Positions 1 to 14,000 of a stretch of DNA of 64,000 nucleotides are shown here, one piece after another (positions within the stretch are counted from its first letter, which is position 1; every line of letters starts with the position of its first letter). This DNA is from the human T2T-CHM13v2.0 reference genome, Homo sapiens. The stretch lies in NCBI RefSeq assembly GCF_009914755.1, contig NC_060926.1; one strand, 5' to 3'. The position numbers and the translations under genes are program-made. The notes beneath the pieces were generated by a model that did no database searches, had not been told where the DNA came from, and worked only from the letters and a program-made list of their open reading frames with translations.

Positions 1-59
1 GGGCGGCGCGGACTTGAAGGCGCCTCTAGCAGATCCAAGGGGAGATGCCGAGTTGGTCA

Positions 60-570
60 TTGGCTACACAACTCTAGAAGGCAGGATGTGAGGCAGAGCT
101 CTTCGTGGCAGTGGCGATCCTGGGAGCTCCTGGCACTGAGGTGGTGACCGAGACATTCGCGAGGAGGTTGCCCAGGCAGAGGGCATGGGAAAAAGGACAC
201 CAGGAGGATGCCAGGGAAGCACCCGCACTTCAGGAGCCAGCAAGGGAGGATGAGAAAGAGAAGTTCCAGCCGGAGGAGGAAAACCAGGGACGTCAGGGTT
301 CATGGAAGCCCGAGGAGGATGCAGAAGAGGAAAGGAGGGAATGACGAGGAACGCCACATGCTGCTCAGAGGTCCAGGAAGGTGCGACCTAGCCTCTGGAC
401 CACTCCCAGTGACCATGGCAATGGCAGGCCCAGCCTAGGGATTGCAGAGAGCAGGAGAGGCAGAGTCGAGCAGCATCCCCGGGCTTTCCAGAAGGCCTGG
501 CTGGGAATGGGGCGTGGCACACGGTGTAATCCGGGCAGCCTTGGCGAGCACCTCCTGTGTGCCAGTCACC
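60..570 (-). mobile_element. Old LINE-2 fragment
   Basis: Purine-rich tract with L2-like ggaggaaaaccaggg...catggaagcc motifs; boundaries approximate. Confidence 0.45.
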
Positions 571-1718
571 ACACTCAGTCCTTTTCAGCATTTTGTTTAG
601 TTACCCAATCCATTTCATTTAGTCACCCAAGTAGAAGTTAGAAATTGATGACAAACTGAGGGTGCAGGGCAAAAGAACACATGATTCGTGCTGTGGAACC
701 AGGACAGTCTGTTGGGGTGCTGGCAGGGTGTTCGATTGCCACATGGTGGTGTCATGAGCAGTCCCAGAGCCGTCGGATTGCTCTGGTGCACTTGCTGCCT
801 GGTTTTTCTCACCTGCAAAATGAAAGAGCTGACAGGATGAAATGAGTTAATAGATGGGAAGTGTGGGCCGCCTAGCCCTGCTCAGCCTTTGAGCAGCAAA
901 AAGGAGGAAGGGGGAGGAGGAGGAGCTGTCCTCTGGTTATAGAGGGCGTGAGGTTGGCCCGGAGGCTCCTAGTGTGACCAAGGGCTATTCCTTGCCTCAT
1001 TTTGTGTGATTTAGAAACAAGATGGAAGTAGAAATTGGGCATTATGTCAGGATTTAATGAAGTCTTGTTTGGGAGCTGTTGTCTTATTTTTAACCACTAA
1101 TTAAAGGGTGCTATTTCCCTCTATAGAATAGAACATTTACAGTTTGTGGATAAAGTAAATGTATACCTCACTTTTTTTGTTAAGTTCTTAAACTTTTTTT
1201 TTATTATTGAAGAATGGAAACATACATGAAAGTGTATTTGGGCTTAAAAAGTTGTCACAAAATTATCCTCAGGTCAAGGAGGGCCTATTTCTAGACCCCA
1301 GAAACCCCTGTGTCCTGTCCCAGGCACCTGCCTGCTCTGCTCCCTGAAGATGGGCACAATTCTCCCTTCTGACCCCATGGTGAGGCCAGCTTGGTTTTCA
1401 CCTTTATACAATGTACACACACACACGCACACTTGCACAGTTGAAGGGGCTAGTTAGAGGTATCTTTTATCTGTTAACCCAAATAAAATTTTAAAATTAT
1501 AGAGGAAGTGACTTTTAAAAGAACACTGAGCATTACTCTTGGGAGTCTCAGGAGGGTAATTAAATTGGTAGTGTCAGTAGTAAGCGCAAATGTTTTCAGT
1601 ACCCGTTGACACCGTTTTAGATTTGGGAGTAGCTCATGTGACAGAGTCATAGGGAAGTGTGCTGCCCAATTTGAGAAAAGATCAAATCTCAGTGACAAAG
1701 CTTCCAGATTTTTTTTAA

Positions 1719-2032
<314 letters not shown>

Positions 2033-2061
2033 TAAGTAAATCCACGTGATTGTGTTTCTGA

Positions 2062-2133
2062 TCTATGCACCAACACACATTTACATTGAACATATTTATG
2101 TCTATGCACCCACACACATTTACATTGAACATA
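2062..2133. repeat. 39-bp tandem duplication
   Basis: tctatgcacc(a/c)acacacatttacattgaacata occurs twice, starting at 2062 and 2101. Confidence 0.85.
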
Positions 2134-5003
2134 CGTATTTATATGAAACAACACATTTATTTCTTGGATAATCAAATATAGACAAAAACTCAATGGTTAT
2201 AAAAAGCTTCCCAGACAGCACAGTCTGGGGTAATATTCACATGTTAAACCTATTAACATTTAAATGTTCTAAATAGTATGAGTAATTAACGATTACAGCC
2301 ACAGAAGAGCAGCTCCCTCCCGTGACATTCCATCCATTTTCTTTGAGTTGTTTTTTTGGGGTGGGAATGGAGGGGGGTTCCTCCACTCACATAGACACAC
2401 CAAGCTTTTCCCTCTAGGAGATTACCCAGCCTGCTGCTGGGTTGTGTGGGGAAGGACTGCGGATGTCTTGGATGGCAGTTGTCATACTAGTTTTTTGCTT
2501 CCCCAAACAATTCATTTAGGGATGTCTTTAAGTGAGGCGCCCAGAGATTCCACCCCGTCCCTGGGACATCAAGCAAATAGCAGCAACAGCCGTTGGCAAA
2601 TTTGTGGCTATTTGCAGCATTGACTCTGTAGTCAGTTTGCATTTTCAAGATGGGGGAGACATGGGCAGACATTACAAAGGAGTCCTTTCCCCTTCCTATT
2701 CCTCATGCTCCCGCTCCTCCTCCTGAAGTCAGATACTTTTTGTTCTTCATTAAAGTTTTCCCTTATTCGTATGGGTTACCCTGTAGTTTTAAAGCATTCA
2801 AGCAGTCCGTATATTTTAGAACAATATATTTATAAATCATTTTCTTTCCTTGATTTGTGTATGGAAGCAGGAAGGACATAACAGGTAGAGGGGAAATAGG
2901 ACAAATATGAAAAAAAAATAGTAGAGTTTAAAAACTACTACCAGTTACCGGATGTTGTGACTTCATTTTATTTTTTAATTAATGTGGTAGAATAGTAATT
3001 AAATGGACAGAAGAATTTTAGCAGTTAACAATGCTAAATACTCATACTTTGTACATCCTGTCTGTAGTTTGATGAGAGGCTTTGTTGTAGAAATATTCTC
3101 TTTACTCATGAACTGACTCTTCCTAGACTCCATAGAAAGGATAGAACATTCATTTGCATTTGAAGTTTCATACAACAGTCGTTTCCATAACATATTTGAC
3201 TTATCTTAGGAAGTTTCTCGCATCTTCCCTTAGTTTCTACAAATGAAAATGTCTGCAAAGCTCTCAAAGCATGCATCCTAGTCCTATTTAATTCTGACAT
3301 CTGCACATTTCTTACGAATGTAAAGTCAGTGTGGCCATCCAGCTGAATAGTAACTCTGAAGCTGGGAGTAAAATCAGATTTCAGTGTAATTGATAATCAA
3401 AGCCCCTTATTGCTATTTTTCAAAAACAAAGTAGCAATACTTTAGCACTCACCCAGGCAATTATGATTTTTGGCTAATTTACTTTTGGTTTTTGCAATTT
3501 CAAGATACCTAGACAACACATTTTGCATCTGTTGAAATCTTAGATTTTATTTTTGAGTTCACATAATGACTTTAAAATATTCTAATAAATGTCTTCAAAG
3601 ACCCCAGATCAATATGCCAATGGTTCTGAGATGACAGAGTGCTGCGATATTCCTCTGTAATTTAAACATGATTAGCTGATGAAGGTTATGTGATATCAAT
3701 ACACTACCGGAAGATAAATTAATTGATATCATCCTTTCAGGATGATAAGAGGCCTATTGGAGGTGGGATGTAACTAATGAAGCTGCTTCTTCCTCTCTGT
3801 GAGCCATTTTTTATATATTGCATTTTCACTTAATCATATTTATACTATCATTCATTTACATGAAACCCATAGGCTGTGGACAAACCAGTTTCTTATTAAA
3901 ATTGTATTCATTTGGAAAAGAAATTATCTGCAAACACTATATGGGCCCCGTCTACGTTATAACCTATTGCTGGGGAGAGATGACAAGTTCCTTTCCGTGG
4001 ACATCTTCGAAAATAGCAACTATCTAGGCAAAGTCAAGGATTGAATATCATTGAACTTAATTACTGCTAGTCCCCAAAGACACACATCTATTCAAATCAA
4101 AAGTGTAGTTATTCTGCGGCAGTGACACCATTGGTGTAGGAAGAGTTTTCTAATCGTTGACTTCCTTTCCAATTACATTCAGTATGCTTTATCAGCGAGC
4201 CTATTTGCCAAGAGAAGTTATGGCTGGTTGAATTTAGATTTGTATTGATTAAGATAAACTTACAATGTGTGCAGTCATATATTTAAATAAAAAAGGTCTT
4301 TGATATAATTACATCTCCTTGAATATAATTCTCTATGATAGCTTGTAGAGTGAAGAGGATTTCTTTAGGCTTTGGGGGAAAAAAAAAGATTTTTGTCTTT
4401 CCAAGGGGTTTGGTTAAATTGCCCTGCCTTATTTAGGATTATTTTTGTTCCAAGTAACTGGAAAAAAAGATGATTTTATGAGAATAACTTAAATGAGATA
4501 GGTGTGTATTTTTTTGCTTTACATTCCTCTGAGGTGGTCTGTGCAGGGCTGCTGAGGCCTTCTGTGGAGTTGGGGGACCGGCTCTATCTGTCTCCCATGT
4601 GGCTCCTGTTCCCAGTGTCGCCTCGTGTTCCACAGTGCTGCTGAGGCCATGTAACGTTTGTGCATTTCAGGCAACAAGTAGGAAAAACATACGAGAATTT
4701 AGGCAAAGGGAGGCTCTCCAGGAAGATCCTTAAAAGCTGCCCTGTGATCCTTCTGCTCTCATCCTGCTGGCCAGAGCTTGTGTACCTGGCCATGTTCAGC
4801 TGATGCGGGGGTGGGGGGACGGGAGGAGGCTCTGGCAAATGTCATGTTTATTCTGGTTGTCATTTGCCCACCTAAGAACCAGGAATGCTATTACTGCGAA
4901 AGAAGGAAATAACAGATTTCGACAACAGACTGATGATCTCTGCTCTGTTCCTGAATTTGGAAATTGATTGACATGGATTTCTTTTTGTCTGTGTGTCCAC
5001 CAG

Positions 5004-5131
5004 TTGCCCAGAAGATTGTTGCCACAAGGAAGAAGCAGCAGCTGTCCATAGGACCCTGCAAGTCGCTACCTAATTCTCCCAGCCATTCCTCCGTCTGTTC
5101 CGCGCAGGTGTCTGCCGTGCACATCAGCCAG
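5004..5131 (+). CDS. AGAP1: AGAP1 internal coding exon (~exon 7), end of GTPase-like domain / Ser-Pro-rich linker
   Basis: Acceptor ttttgtctgtgtgtccaccag| and donor CAG|gtacgt. 128 nt, phase 1 to 0. Translates (V)AQKIVATRKKQQLSIGPCKSLPNSPSHSSVCSAQVSAVHISQ, recognised as AGAP1. Confidence 0.96.
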
Positions 5132-5840
5132 GTACGTTAGGTGACATGAGAAGTCAGACTCTTAGAACCAAAGACAATATGCAAATAGTGTTCCCAGCCA
5201 ATGCTAAGGTTGATTTTTTTTTTCTTTTCAACTTTATAAGTAACAGCATGTTGTAATTGACTTCACATTTTCTTCAGAAACTGCTGTGGCCAAGTGATTT
5301 TTATGGGAATCATTCTTTTATGTTTTCTGTCTTCATGCTGCCTGTGTTATGAGGCATGCTGGCCCGGGTGGTGATGGGAGGTGTGTGCTGCAGTCCTCGC
5401 TGGTGATTTAAACCACCCTTCTCTGGTCTTGGTCCTAGTCTGCTTATAGGTTGAACAGTTGTGAGTAAATCTTAATGGCCAATCTCGCTTTATACTTAAA
5501 TTTGGTAGTGGCATTCAATTATAATTACCATCTCCCTTAGGTCCCATAGAAACTGCTATCTTTCCATAACAACATTTTGCAAAAGTATTTACTTGGAAGC
5601 AAATGAAATAATGGTCACTTTGAAGAACTCAACCAACAACCTCCTAAGGAAACAGTTGACTTTGTTTTTGTCTGTGCTTGTTTTTTGATTACGTTTCTTG
5701 GGCAGGTATTCTATTGGCACTGTTTTTTTAAGGACATGGTGGAAGGGTTCGGTGTCGTACTTTCAGTTTGCTTGGGAAGCCAGTAAGTTATGGCATGTAT
5801 TGTCAGAGCCTGTCAAGGTACAGTCATGAATGTTCATGCT

Positions 5841-6139
5841 GGCTGGGCTGAGTGGCAGTTGCCTGTAATCCCAGCACTTTGGGAGCTCAAGGCAGGTGGA
5901 TCGCTTGAGCTCAGTAGTTCAAGACCAGCCTGGGCAACGTGGCAGAACCACACCTCTGTATCTACAAAAAAGAGAAAAATTAGCTGGGCGTGGTGGCTTG
6001 TGCCTTGGGAGGCTGAGGTGGGGGGATCACCTCTGCCCAGCAGAAGAGCTAGGCTGCAGTGAGTGTGATTGTGCCACTGCATTCCAGCCTGGGTGACAGA
6101 GTGAGACCCTGTCTCAAAAAAAAAAAAAAAAAAAAAAAA
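5841..6139 (+). mobile_element. Alu (AluJ-type)
   Basis: ggctgggc...gagaccctgtctc followed by poly(A); diverged. Confidence 0.93.
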
Positions 6140-6602
6140 GAATGTCTTCACTTGCTGTGTTTAATTTTCTGTGAATCTTGAAATACTTTTCAAAAACACT
6201 TAGATTTTCCAGGTGTCATTTTCATAATGTTGGCTGTGGTTCTGCTGATCTAGAGCAGTGGAGGGACCATAGAATCCCTTTAGTTTAACCAACCCCTTTC
6301 ATTTTCAGAGGAAAGAGAAAATAATCAAATTTGAACTCTCAGAAATCTTTTAAGTTAAATGAAAGAGACTTCTTTGTCTTCAGTCACTTTTCTCAGGGGA
6401 TGCCACTGAGTGAGATGATTGGCATGTTCCAGGATGAGACTCTGTAGACATGACACTAATACACCTGGCAAAGCCATAGACGCAAGTCAGCCATTCCCAT
6501 GCATCCCTTCCATGGGGCTCATGCTCACTTGTTGGTTATGACCTTGCCTAAGTGGAGGTCTTGGGTTCCTGAGTATGTCGTTAATGAAACCTTGGATTTT
6601 AA

Positions 6603-6824
<222 letters not shown>

Positions 6825-7348
6825 TAAACCTGGTTGCCACATGGTTCAGTGGTATTTGTAGAATCTCAACTATATTAAAGTGAATAACATTGATTTCTGT
6901 GGAGGACTAAGAAAATTAAGAGAAGCAAAGATTTGGATGTTGAGTAGAATGGGAATTTCTTCATGTAGACATTCCTGACTTCGTGTGTCTGAAATGAAGA
7001 GCTGGGGGTGTGTATAAAGGCACTTGTTATCCTGTGGCTCCAGCTAAAGATGTGTCACAGTGGATACAAGGAGATGACAAAACTCTAAGATTCCCAGATG
7101 TGTGTCTCTAACCGTTCAGATGATATATAAGCTATTACTGTCCACAGGCCCTCTTCTTCTTCTGCTGGGGTGCCTGGCGCTGCCCTCGGGGTGGAGGTGG
7201 GGGACTGGGAGGTGCTTCCTGGAGGCTCATTGCCATGAGGCTCTCCACTTGGGTTTTTTGCTGTAGAGCATGTTGAAAGCAGAGATGAGCTATCTGGGTT
7301 CAGGTTTATAAATTCACAATCTGGGTGCACTCGGGCATGCATTGTTCC

Positions 7349-7645
7349 TTTTTTTTTTTTTTTTCTTTTGAGACAGGGTCTCACTCTGTTGCCCAGGCTG
7401 GAGTGCAGTGGCTCAGTCATGGCTCACTGCAGCCTCAACCTCCTGAAATCCTCCCACTTCAGCCTTCTAAGTAGCTGGGACCATAGGCACTCACCACTAC
7501 GTGTGGCTAATTTTTTTTTTTTTTTTAAAGAAATGGGGTCTTACTGTGTTGCCTAGGGTGGTCTTGAACTCCTGGGCTCAAGCCACCCTCCCACCTTGTC
7601 CTCCTGAAGTGCTGGGATTACAGGCATGAGCCATAGTGCACAGCC
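7349..7645 (-). mobile_element. Alu (AluJ-type)
   Basis: Poly(T), then gagacagggtctcactctgttgcccagg...gctgggattacaggcatgagcca. Confidence 0.93.
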
Positions 7646-7892
7646 AGCATGTGAAGTGCTTGAAAACTCCCTGGGTGATTGAGATGCAGAGAATCTCTGA
7701 GCTACAGAGGTGGCAAAAATGCTACCAGCCTGTCCCTTCCCTGTGCATAGCAGACATTACCAATCAATCTGGATTCTACACAGTTGAGCCGCAAACTCCA
7801 GGCACAGCTGCTGTCAGGTGACTGAAGCATTTGGACTTGAGAAGAACGCTTTTCCTCCCTGGATCACGCATTACAAGTACATGCTTTTGAAA

Positions 7893-8112
7893 CAGTGCTT
7901 CTGAACCAGGGTGGTTTTGCTCTCCAAGGACATTTGGCAACTTCTGGAGAAACTTTGGGCTCTCACAACAGGAGTATGGGAGTGGGAAGGTAAAGGTTCT
8001 GCAGACGTCTAGTCGTGGGTAGCAACCAGGGGTGCTGCAAAGCATCCCACAGTGCATAGGTCAGCCCCTCACAGCAGGGAATTATCCAGCCCCACATGTT
8101 AGTGGTGCCCTG
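7893..8112 (+). mobile_element. MER20 (hAT-Charlie non-autonomous DNA transposon)
   Basis: cagtgcttctgaacc...ggacatttggcaac...ctggaga...catcccacagtgcatagg...gaattatccagcccc resembles the MER20 consensus. Confidence 0.75.
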
Positions 8113-9870
8113 TTTTAAACCATCTGACTTCCATTTTGGTTGATTACTGCTGACCCAGATGCAAAGCTCTAGAGGGGTGGCTGGGAGTCAGATTTGCTGC
8201 CCCTTTGTGAATCTGATCTTGATGTTACATTGCGATTCCTGCCAAGTCTGGGAGATCCCCCGCCCCTCTGCCACATGTCTGGGGCAGTCTCTCATTGGAT
8301 GCTCATGACTGCGGAGGCGGTTGCCAGCTGCACACACCCCCTCGTCCCCAGCCTCCCCTTGCTTTTGCTAGTTGCCTTGCGCCACATCAGCTCCCACAGA
8401 GGCCACTGCTGGGCAGCAGGGTGAGGACTGATCAGACAGACCAAGCTCCCATCCCGGCCTCCGCTGCTGACGGATGTTTGACCTTAGGCAAATTACTTGA
8501 CCTCTCTGGGCTGGAAACCATAGTACTTCTGCAGTGGGGCTTCCGGGAAGACTTCCTGGAGGAGGCAGAAGAGATCTGGTGGCATTGCTTCCATGGTTTT
8601 CTCACTCCATTGATGCTATAAAATGATTTCTGATCGTGTTAAGCATATGTGATAGATTAGGAGGTGGGTATTTAGGTTTCTGTAAAATACAGGTGAGTAT
8701 CTCACATGCTTAAATTAGTGCATGGATAACATGTTTTATTGGGCAGTTTCTTCACACACACCGAGAACAGCAGCAGTCACCTAAATAGCTGCTTCCCAGC
8801 TCCGTCTAACACCTGGAGCAGCCCCTGTCTACCCCCAGGCTGGGGGGCTTTGGGTTGAAGTGTTTCCTGCTAGAACAGGCTGCACAGTGACTCGGTGGCT
8901 TGAGAAACCAATAGCCAAAGATGCAGCTGGATTGAGAGAAGGTGGGCTGTGGGCAGGCGGCCTGTGCCCCGGGAGGAGGGGCGGGCTTGTCATCGTGGTG
9001 GTCGAGAACACCTTCTGTGTCTTTGTTAAGGGAGTGGAAGGGGGAGAGCACTCATTCTCAGACGCCTTCTGAGGGCCACATTTTCTGCTTGTTGACTTTG
9101 CTTTCTCTTTTAAGGAGAGAAATTTTAAAACCACAAAGTATCTTTAAAAATGAGACTATTTATAAGGAGAATACCAGCACCTTCCCATCCCCTCCCTTTA
9201 TAAGCTCTGGAACTGCAGTGTGCCAGAAAGTAGTATCCCACTGGGTACCTGACAACCCAGGTGACTTAGGGAGGAGAACACTTGAAGGCAGAGAGAATCA
9301 AAATAACAGCCCATTTAATAAATATTGACTTAACATCTGCTCTGTGCACAGCCCTGGTTTTGCTCAGTGTCTAGGAGGAAGACTCACTGCCAGAGTCAAC
9401 CCATGTTCAAGGGAAAGCGATTTAGGGTGAAGGAGAAGGGGCTCTGCACACTAGGAGGAGAGACCCTGTTGCTGCGGATTCACCCTGCAGACACACAGGT
9501 GCACTTACAGGCATCCATGAAGAGGCCGGGCAGGGCAGGTGCAGAAGCCAGTAAAAACTCATTGTTACAGTGACCAAAAATCACCATTAATTATTTCACC
9601 ATTAATGTGTCACATAATATAATGGTCTGCCTATGGATCTAAGGGTGACCAGTGTTTGTTATCTTTCTCCTTAATCTTGGAAAATAAATTTGAGATCAGA
9701 TCAGAAATTGAATCCAGCTGTCCCATTGGCATTAGTGGGAATAGAAATTTGGAGTCATAAAAGAAGCTACCACTGCAATAGGTTTGCATTGTGGCATTTA
9801 AGGAAAAGACAGTGAAAGTTCTGGGCAGGGATCCATATGTTGGTCCTCAGTGGGTTTGACACTGAACAAA

Positions 9871-11021
9871 ATGATGGTGGTGATGATGGTTGTGGTGATG
9901 ATGATGGTTGTGGTTGTGGTGATGATGGTTGTGGTGGTGATGATGGTTGTGATAATGATGGTTGTGGTTGTGATGGTGATGGTTGTGATGGTGGTGGTGA
10001 TGGTTGTGGTTGTGATGATGGTTGTGGTTGTGATGGTGATGATGGTTGTGGTGGTGGTGGTGGTGATGGTTGTGGTTGTGATGATGGTTATGGTTGTGAT
10101 GATGGTTGTGATGGTGATGATGCTGCTTGTGGTTGTGATGGTGATGATGGTTGTGATGGTGTGATGGTTGTGGTTGTGGTTATGATGGTTGTAATGGTGG
10201 TGATGATGGTTGTGATGATGGTTGTGGTTGTGATGGTTGTGATGGTGGTGATGGTTGTGGTTGTGATGGTGATGGTGATGGCTGTGGTGATGATGGTTGT
10301 GATGGTGGTGATGATGGTCGTGGTGATGGTTGTGATGGTGGTGATGATTGTGGTTGTGATGGTGATGATGGTTGTGGTTGTGGTGGTGATGATTGTGATG
10401 GTGATGATGCTGGTTGTGGTTGTGGTGATGGTGATGGTTGTGATGGTGGTGATGGTTGTGGTGATGATGGTTGTGGTGATGATGGTTGTGGTGATGGTTG
10501 TGATGATGGTTGTGATGGTGATGATGGTTGTGATGGTGATGATGGTTGTGGTTGTGATGGTGGTGGTGATGGTTGTGATGATGGTTGTGGTTGTGATGAT
10601 GGTTGTGATTGTGGTGATGGTGATGGTTGTGATGGTGGTGATGATGGTTGTGATGGTGATGATGGTTGTGGTTGTGATGATGGTTGTGATGGTGGTGATG
10701 GTTGTGGTGATGGTGATGGTTGTGATGGTGATGATGGTTGTGATGGTGATGATGGTTGTGATGGTGATGATGGTTGTGATGGTGGTGATGGTTGTGATGG
10801 TGATGGTTGTGGTTGTGATGGTGGTGATGGTTGTGATGGTGATGATGGTTGTGGTGATGGTGGTGATAGTTGTGATGGTGATGATGGTTGTGGTGATGGT
10901 GATGATGGTTGTGATGGTGATGATGATGGTTGTGGTGATGGTGATGGTCATGATGGTGATGATGGTTGTGGTTGTGGTGATGGTGATGATGGTTGTGGTG
11001 GTGGTGGTGGTGGTGATGATG
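9871..11021. repeat. ~1.15 kb compound trinucleotide repeat (GAT/GGT/TGT)n
   Basis: Almost entirely GAT, GGT and TGT triplets, with a higher-order 18-mer GGTTGTGATGGTGATGAT and one register shift near 10161. Confidence 0.97.
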
Positions 11022-14000
11022 CATGCGGTGTAGTCTTAAGTTGAAGTTCCTGGAAATAGTAACTCCACTAGATGTCAGTGTCATCCAAGGAACAAAAAGA
11101 AGGCAAATTAATTGTGAAATCATAGCAATTAAGATATTAAATTTTTATCATGACCAGTTTTCTTCTATTTTTAAATATGTAAAATTGAATAGACTCTTCA
11201 TCCCTGGCAGTTGTTGGTGATTATAGGCATAAACTGTCAAAATGTGTATTTATTTGGAAGTGTCTAGTCAGAGGACAGATGCATGATATGCAGACAATCT
11301 TAGTGAATAAAAATTCGTGCAGACTGGGATTGTAACACCCAGCTGGAGGGGCACTATCCACCTTATTTATTAGAACATCATAAAGAGGCCATAGTTAATT
11401 AAGTAATGCATGTATCATTTTTTCCAATACCATTTTACACATTTTATAAAGTACACTGTAATGCACTGCTCTGGGCTAACATTTTGTGCTCCCAGATGTT
11501 TGTTTGCATATATTCATATACAATTTTTAAACAAAAATAAATGACTTTTTTATAAAATAGTACAAATAAAATCTCTGTATTAGTCCAAATTATATGTTAC
11601 ATTTGCAGTAGGAATTCTACTTTACTAATCAAACACTGAGTTATATTTTATTTCACTTATTTCTTTGGAAAAAAAACAAACATTAAAAGACTGTATCCAT
11701 TTAATCCCTAGTTTGGTAATATGGGTTCTTAGAGCAATTAATTTAGTTTAGCGGCCCTAGTTTACACGTGGTTAAAGTGTTTTATTAGAAAAATTTTTCA
11801 AACATACAGAAATAAACACGTGTGTACTCACCACACGCTTCATCAAATACAAGCCCTTTTCTGCTACGCTGCTACTGCAAGAAATAAGCAAATCCTAAGT
11901 AAAAGTTGCAGCTCCTTCCATGTGCCTCCAGAACACGTTTCTCCTGCCTGTCTGCCTAGGGATCAGCATTAACCTGAATTTGGTCTATATTATCTGTGTC
12001 CATGCTGTAAACTTGTTCTAGTGTGAGTCTTGAAATTATACATTACATGGCCTTGTCCATTTTCAAGCTTTATAATAACGATGTTATTTATGTGATATTT
12101 TTAAAAAGCTTACCATATAATGTTGATACCATTAAACAGAGCCAAGTGCACCCAGGAACCAAAGATTGTGAATATACATTGCCCAGCTCAGAAACTTGCC
12201 ATAAAAAAATAAGGCAGCAAAATTCATAGTGCGAAGAGAACTGTTTCAATGGCATTTATTTGTTTTTGCAGAGGAGCTCCTGGGTACCTCCCCTAGTGTG
12301 TTCCAGCAGCCGTTGACTTAGCCACTGGTTGAAAGGGGGTAAACGGGCTTCTCTTTGATACAGAGGGCTCTTGGCAATGATGCGCTTGTTCCTGTAGGCA
12401 GGTAGTTAGTTGATGGGAGTGTCCTCCATGGCTTCTCTCACCACGGCAGGGGAAGTTAAACATTTTTGTAAAGAAGCAGGTGATAATTGGATTACCTTAA
12501 CCTTTCTTTCCTCTGCATCGAGTGTTTGTTGGAGGCTAAGCAGTTACTATGGTGGCTTGCTGTGCGTTGACTTAAAATCTGCAGCCCTTCTGGGTGTGAT
12601 CTGCTGCTGTTCCATTTCTGGCAGTGTGCAGCAGGCTGTATGCAGGGCAGGGTCACTCCTGGCAGACGCCGTGGGTGCTGAGGGCTGCCTTGTGTCTGAT
12701 GATTCCTCGGATCCATTCCAGCATCACGGAAGGATGTGCCATTAGTGATGAGGTCTCCCAAGTTAGCAGAGAAAGGAAACCTTACTGGGAATTTGTATAT
12801 GCTGGGGTGTCTATGTCCATTGGATTTGATTTAGTCTGGTTGTTGGATTTAAATTTTATGGATACAGCCTGATGTAGACAAACTAATTGTGGGGCTGAGG
12901 TACAGCAAACTCTTTTGCCTAACATCTTGCCACTGTTCTTTCCCGAAATTTTAGTTTTTTGACTGTCTCCGGCAAATTGTTAAAGTTGTCAGGAAATTTT
13001 TGTTTTATTTTTGCAATGAAGTCTTACCGAAGTTTCAGTCTCTTTTATCTCAGAGTGTGTGATCAGATATTGAGTTTGGTGGTTCACAGTTCATGTTCTA
13101 AGGTGTTTACAGCAGGGCAATGAGCTATTTCTTCCCATTTCAAGTGGAATCTGAAATTCTGCTCTGAGAATGGATTGGCTGGGGGGACAGATGAGCTGCC
13201 TTGTTACAGGAAGATGTTAATTTTTTTAAAGTTTGTTTTGTTAATTATTCTGGTTTAATTAACCAGAATAATGAAGATGGATTTCCAAATTTAGAAATTT
13301 AGAATTTGTAAAATTCCCAAAGTACTCTTAAATATTTTTTGTTAATTAAAAAAAAATTTTTTTAATGTTATCACTGTGTGCTTTGAAATTCATTTTAAAA
13401 CTAGGAACCTCAGGAGCCAGCTTTTCTCATCAACTGTGATGTGGAGAAAAGAATTTAAGGCTATTGTGTAGCTCTTACTATACAGTATTAAGAATTAATT
13501 AAAAAGAAAAATGAGCCCTTGACAAAGAATTGATAAATATCTCTATTTTCCTTCTAGCCCAAAGGGTTAACCTTACGTTTTATATTCTTCTGCAACTTCA
13601 TATTTGTTGCTTGATTTATTCCCTGTCATCTCATTCTAGGCATCCACCAACCTAAGGGGGAAACAAGTGCACAGTGCTTGGCACGTAGTAGGTGTTCAAT
13701 AAGCATCAGCTCTTATCACCATCTGAGAAGCATGTTTCCTAATGAGCACAGCTGCCCAGGAGAGTAGCACCCTTTGAAGTGCTAGATCTGAGTTTCCATC
13801 ATGGGAACTGTTCTCCTTGTCCTCCTCCTTAATTTGGTAGCAGCCTCTTCTGGAATCCTAAATGCGTCCCATCAGCCCTTGTTTGTATTATGACCCATGA
13901 CATTGCCCCTTTAATATGTATGTTTTTTAAATCAGCTGTTCCAGCTCACATCCCTTTGAACCTGGATTCCATTAGCTTTTCATTGTAGCAGTGGACACCA

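Noticed and set aside
9837-11033. 398-aa plus-strand ORF (Gly/Asp/Cys then Val/Met) and other overlapping repeat ORFs
   Set aside because: Open only because the triplet repeat lacks stops in those frames; the start is a non-ATG codon and there is no exon structure.
12260-12290. Possible 12-nt microexon tttttgcag|AGGAGCTCCTGG|gtacct
   Set aside because: Good acceptor but a weak donor; expected by chance in an 8 kb intron.
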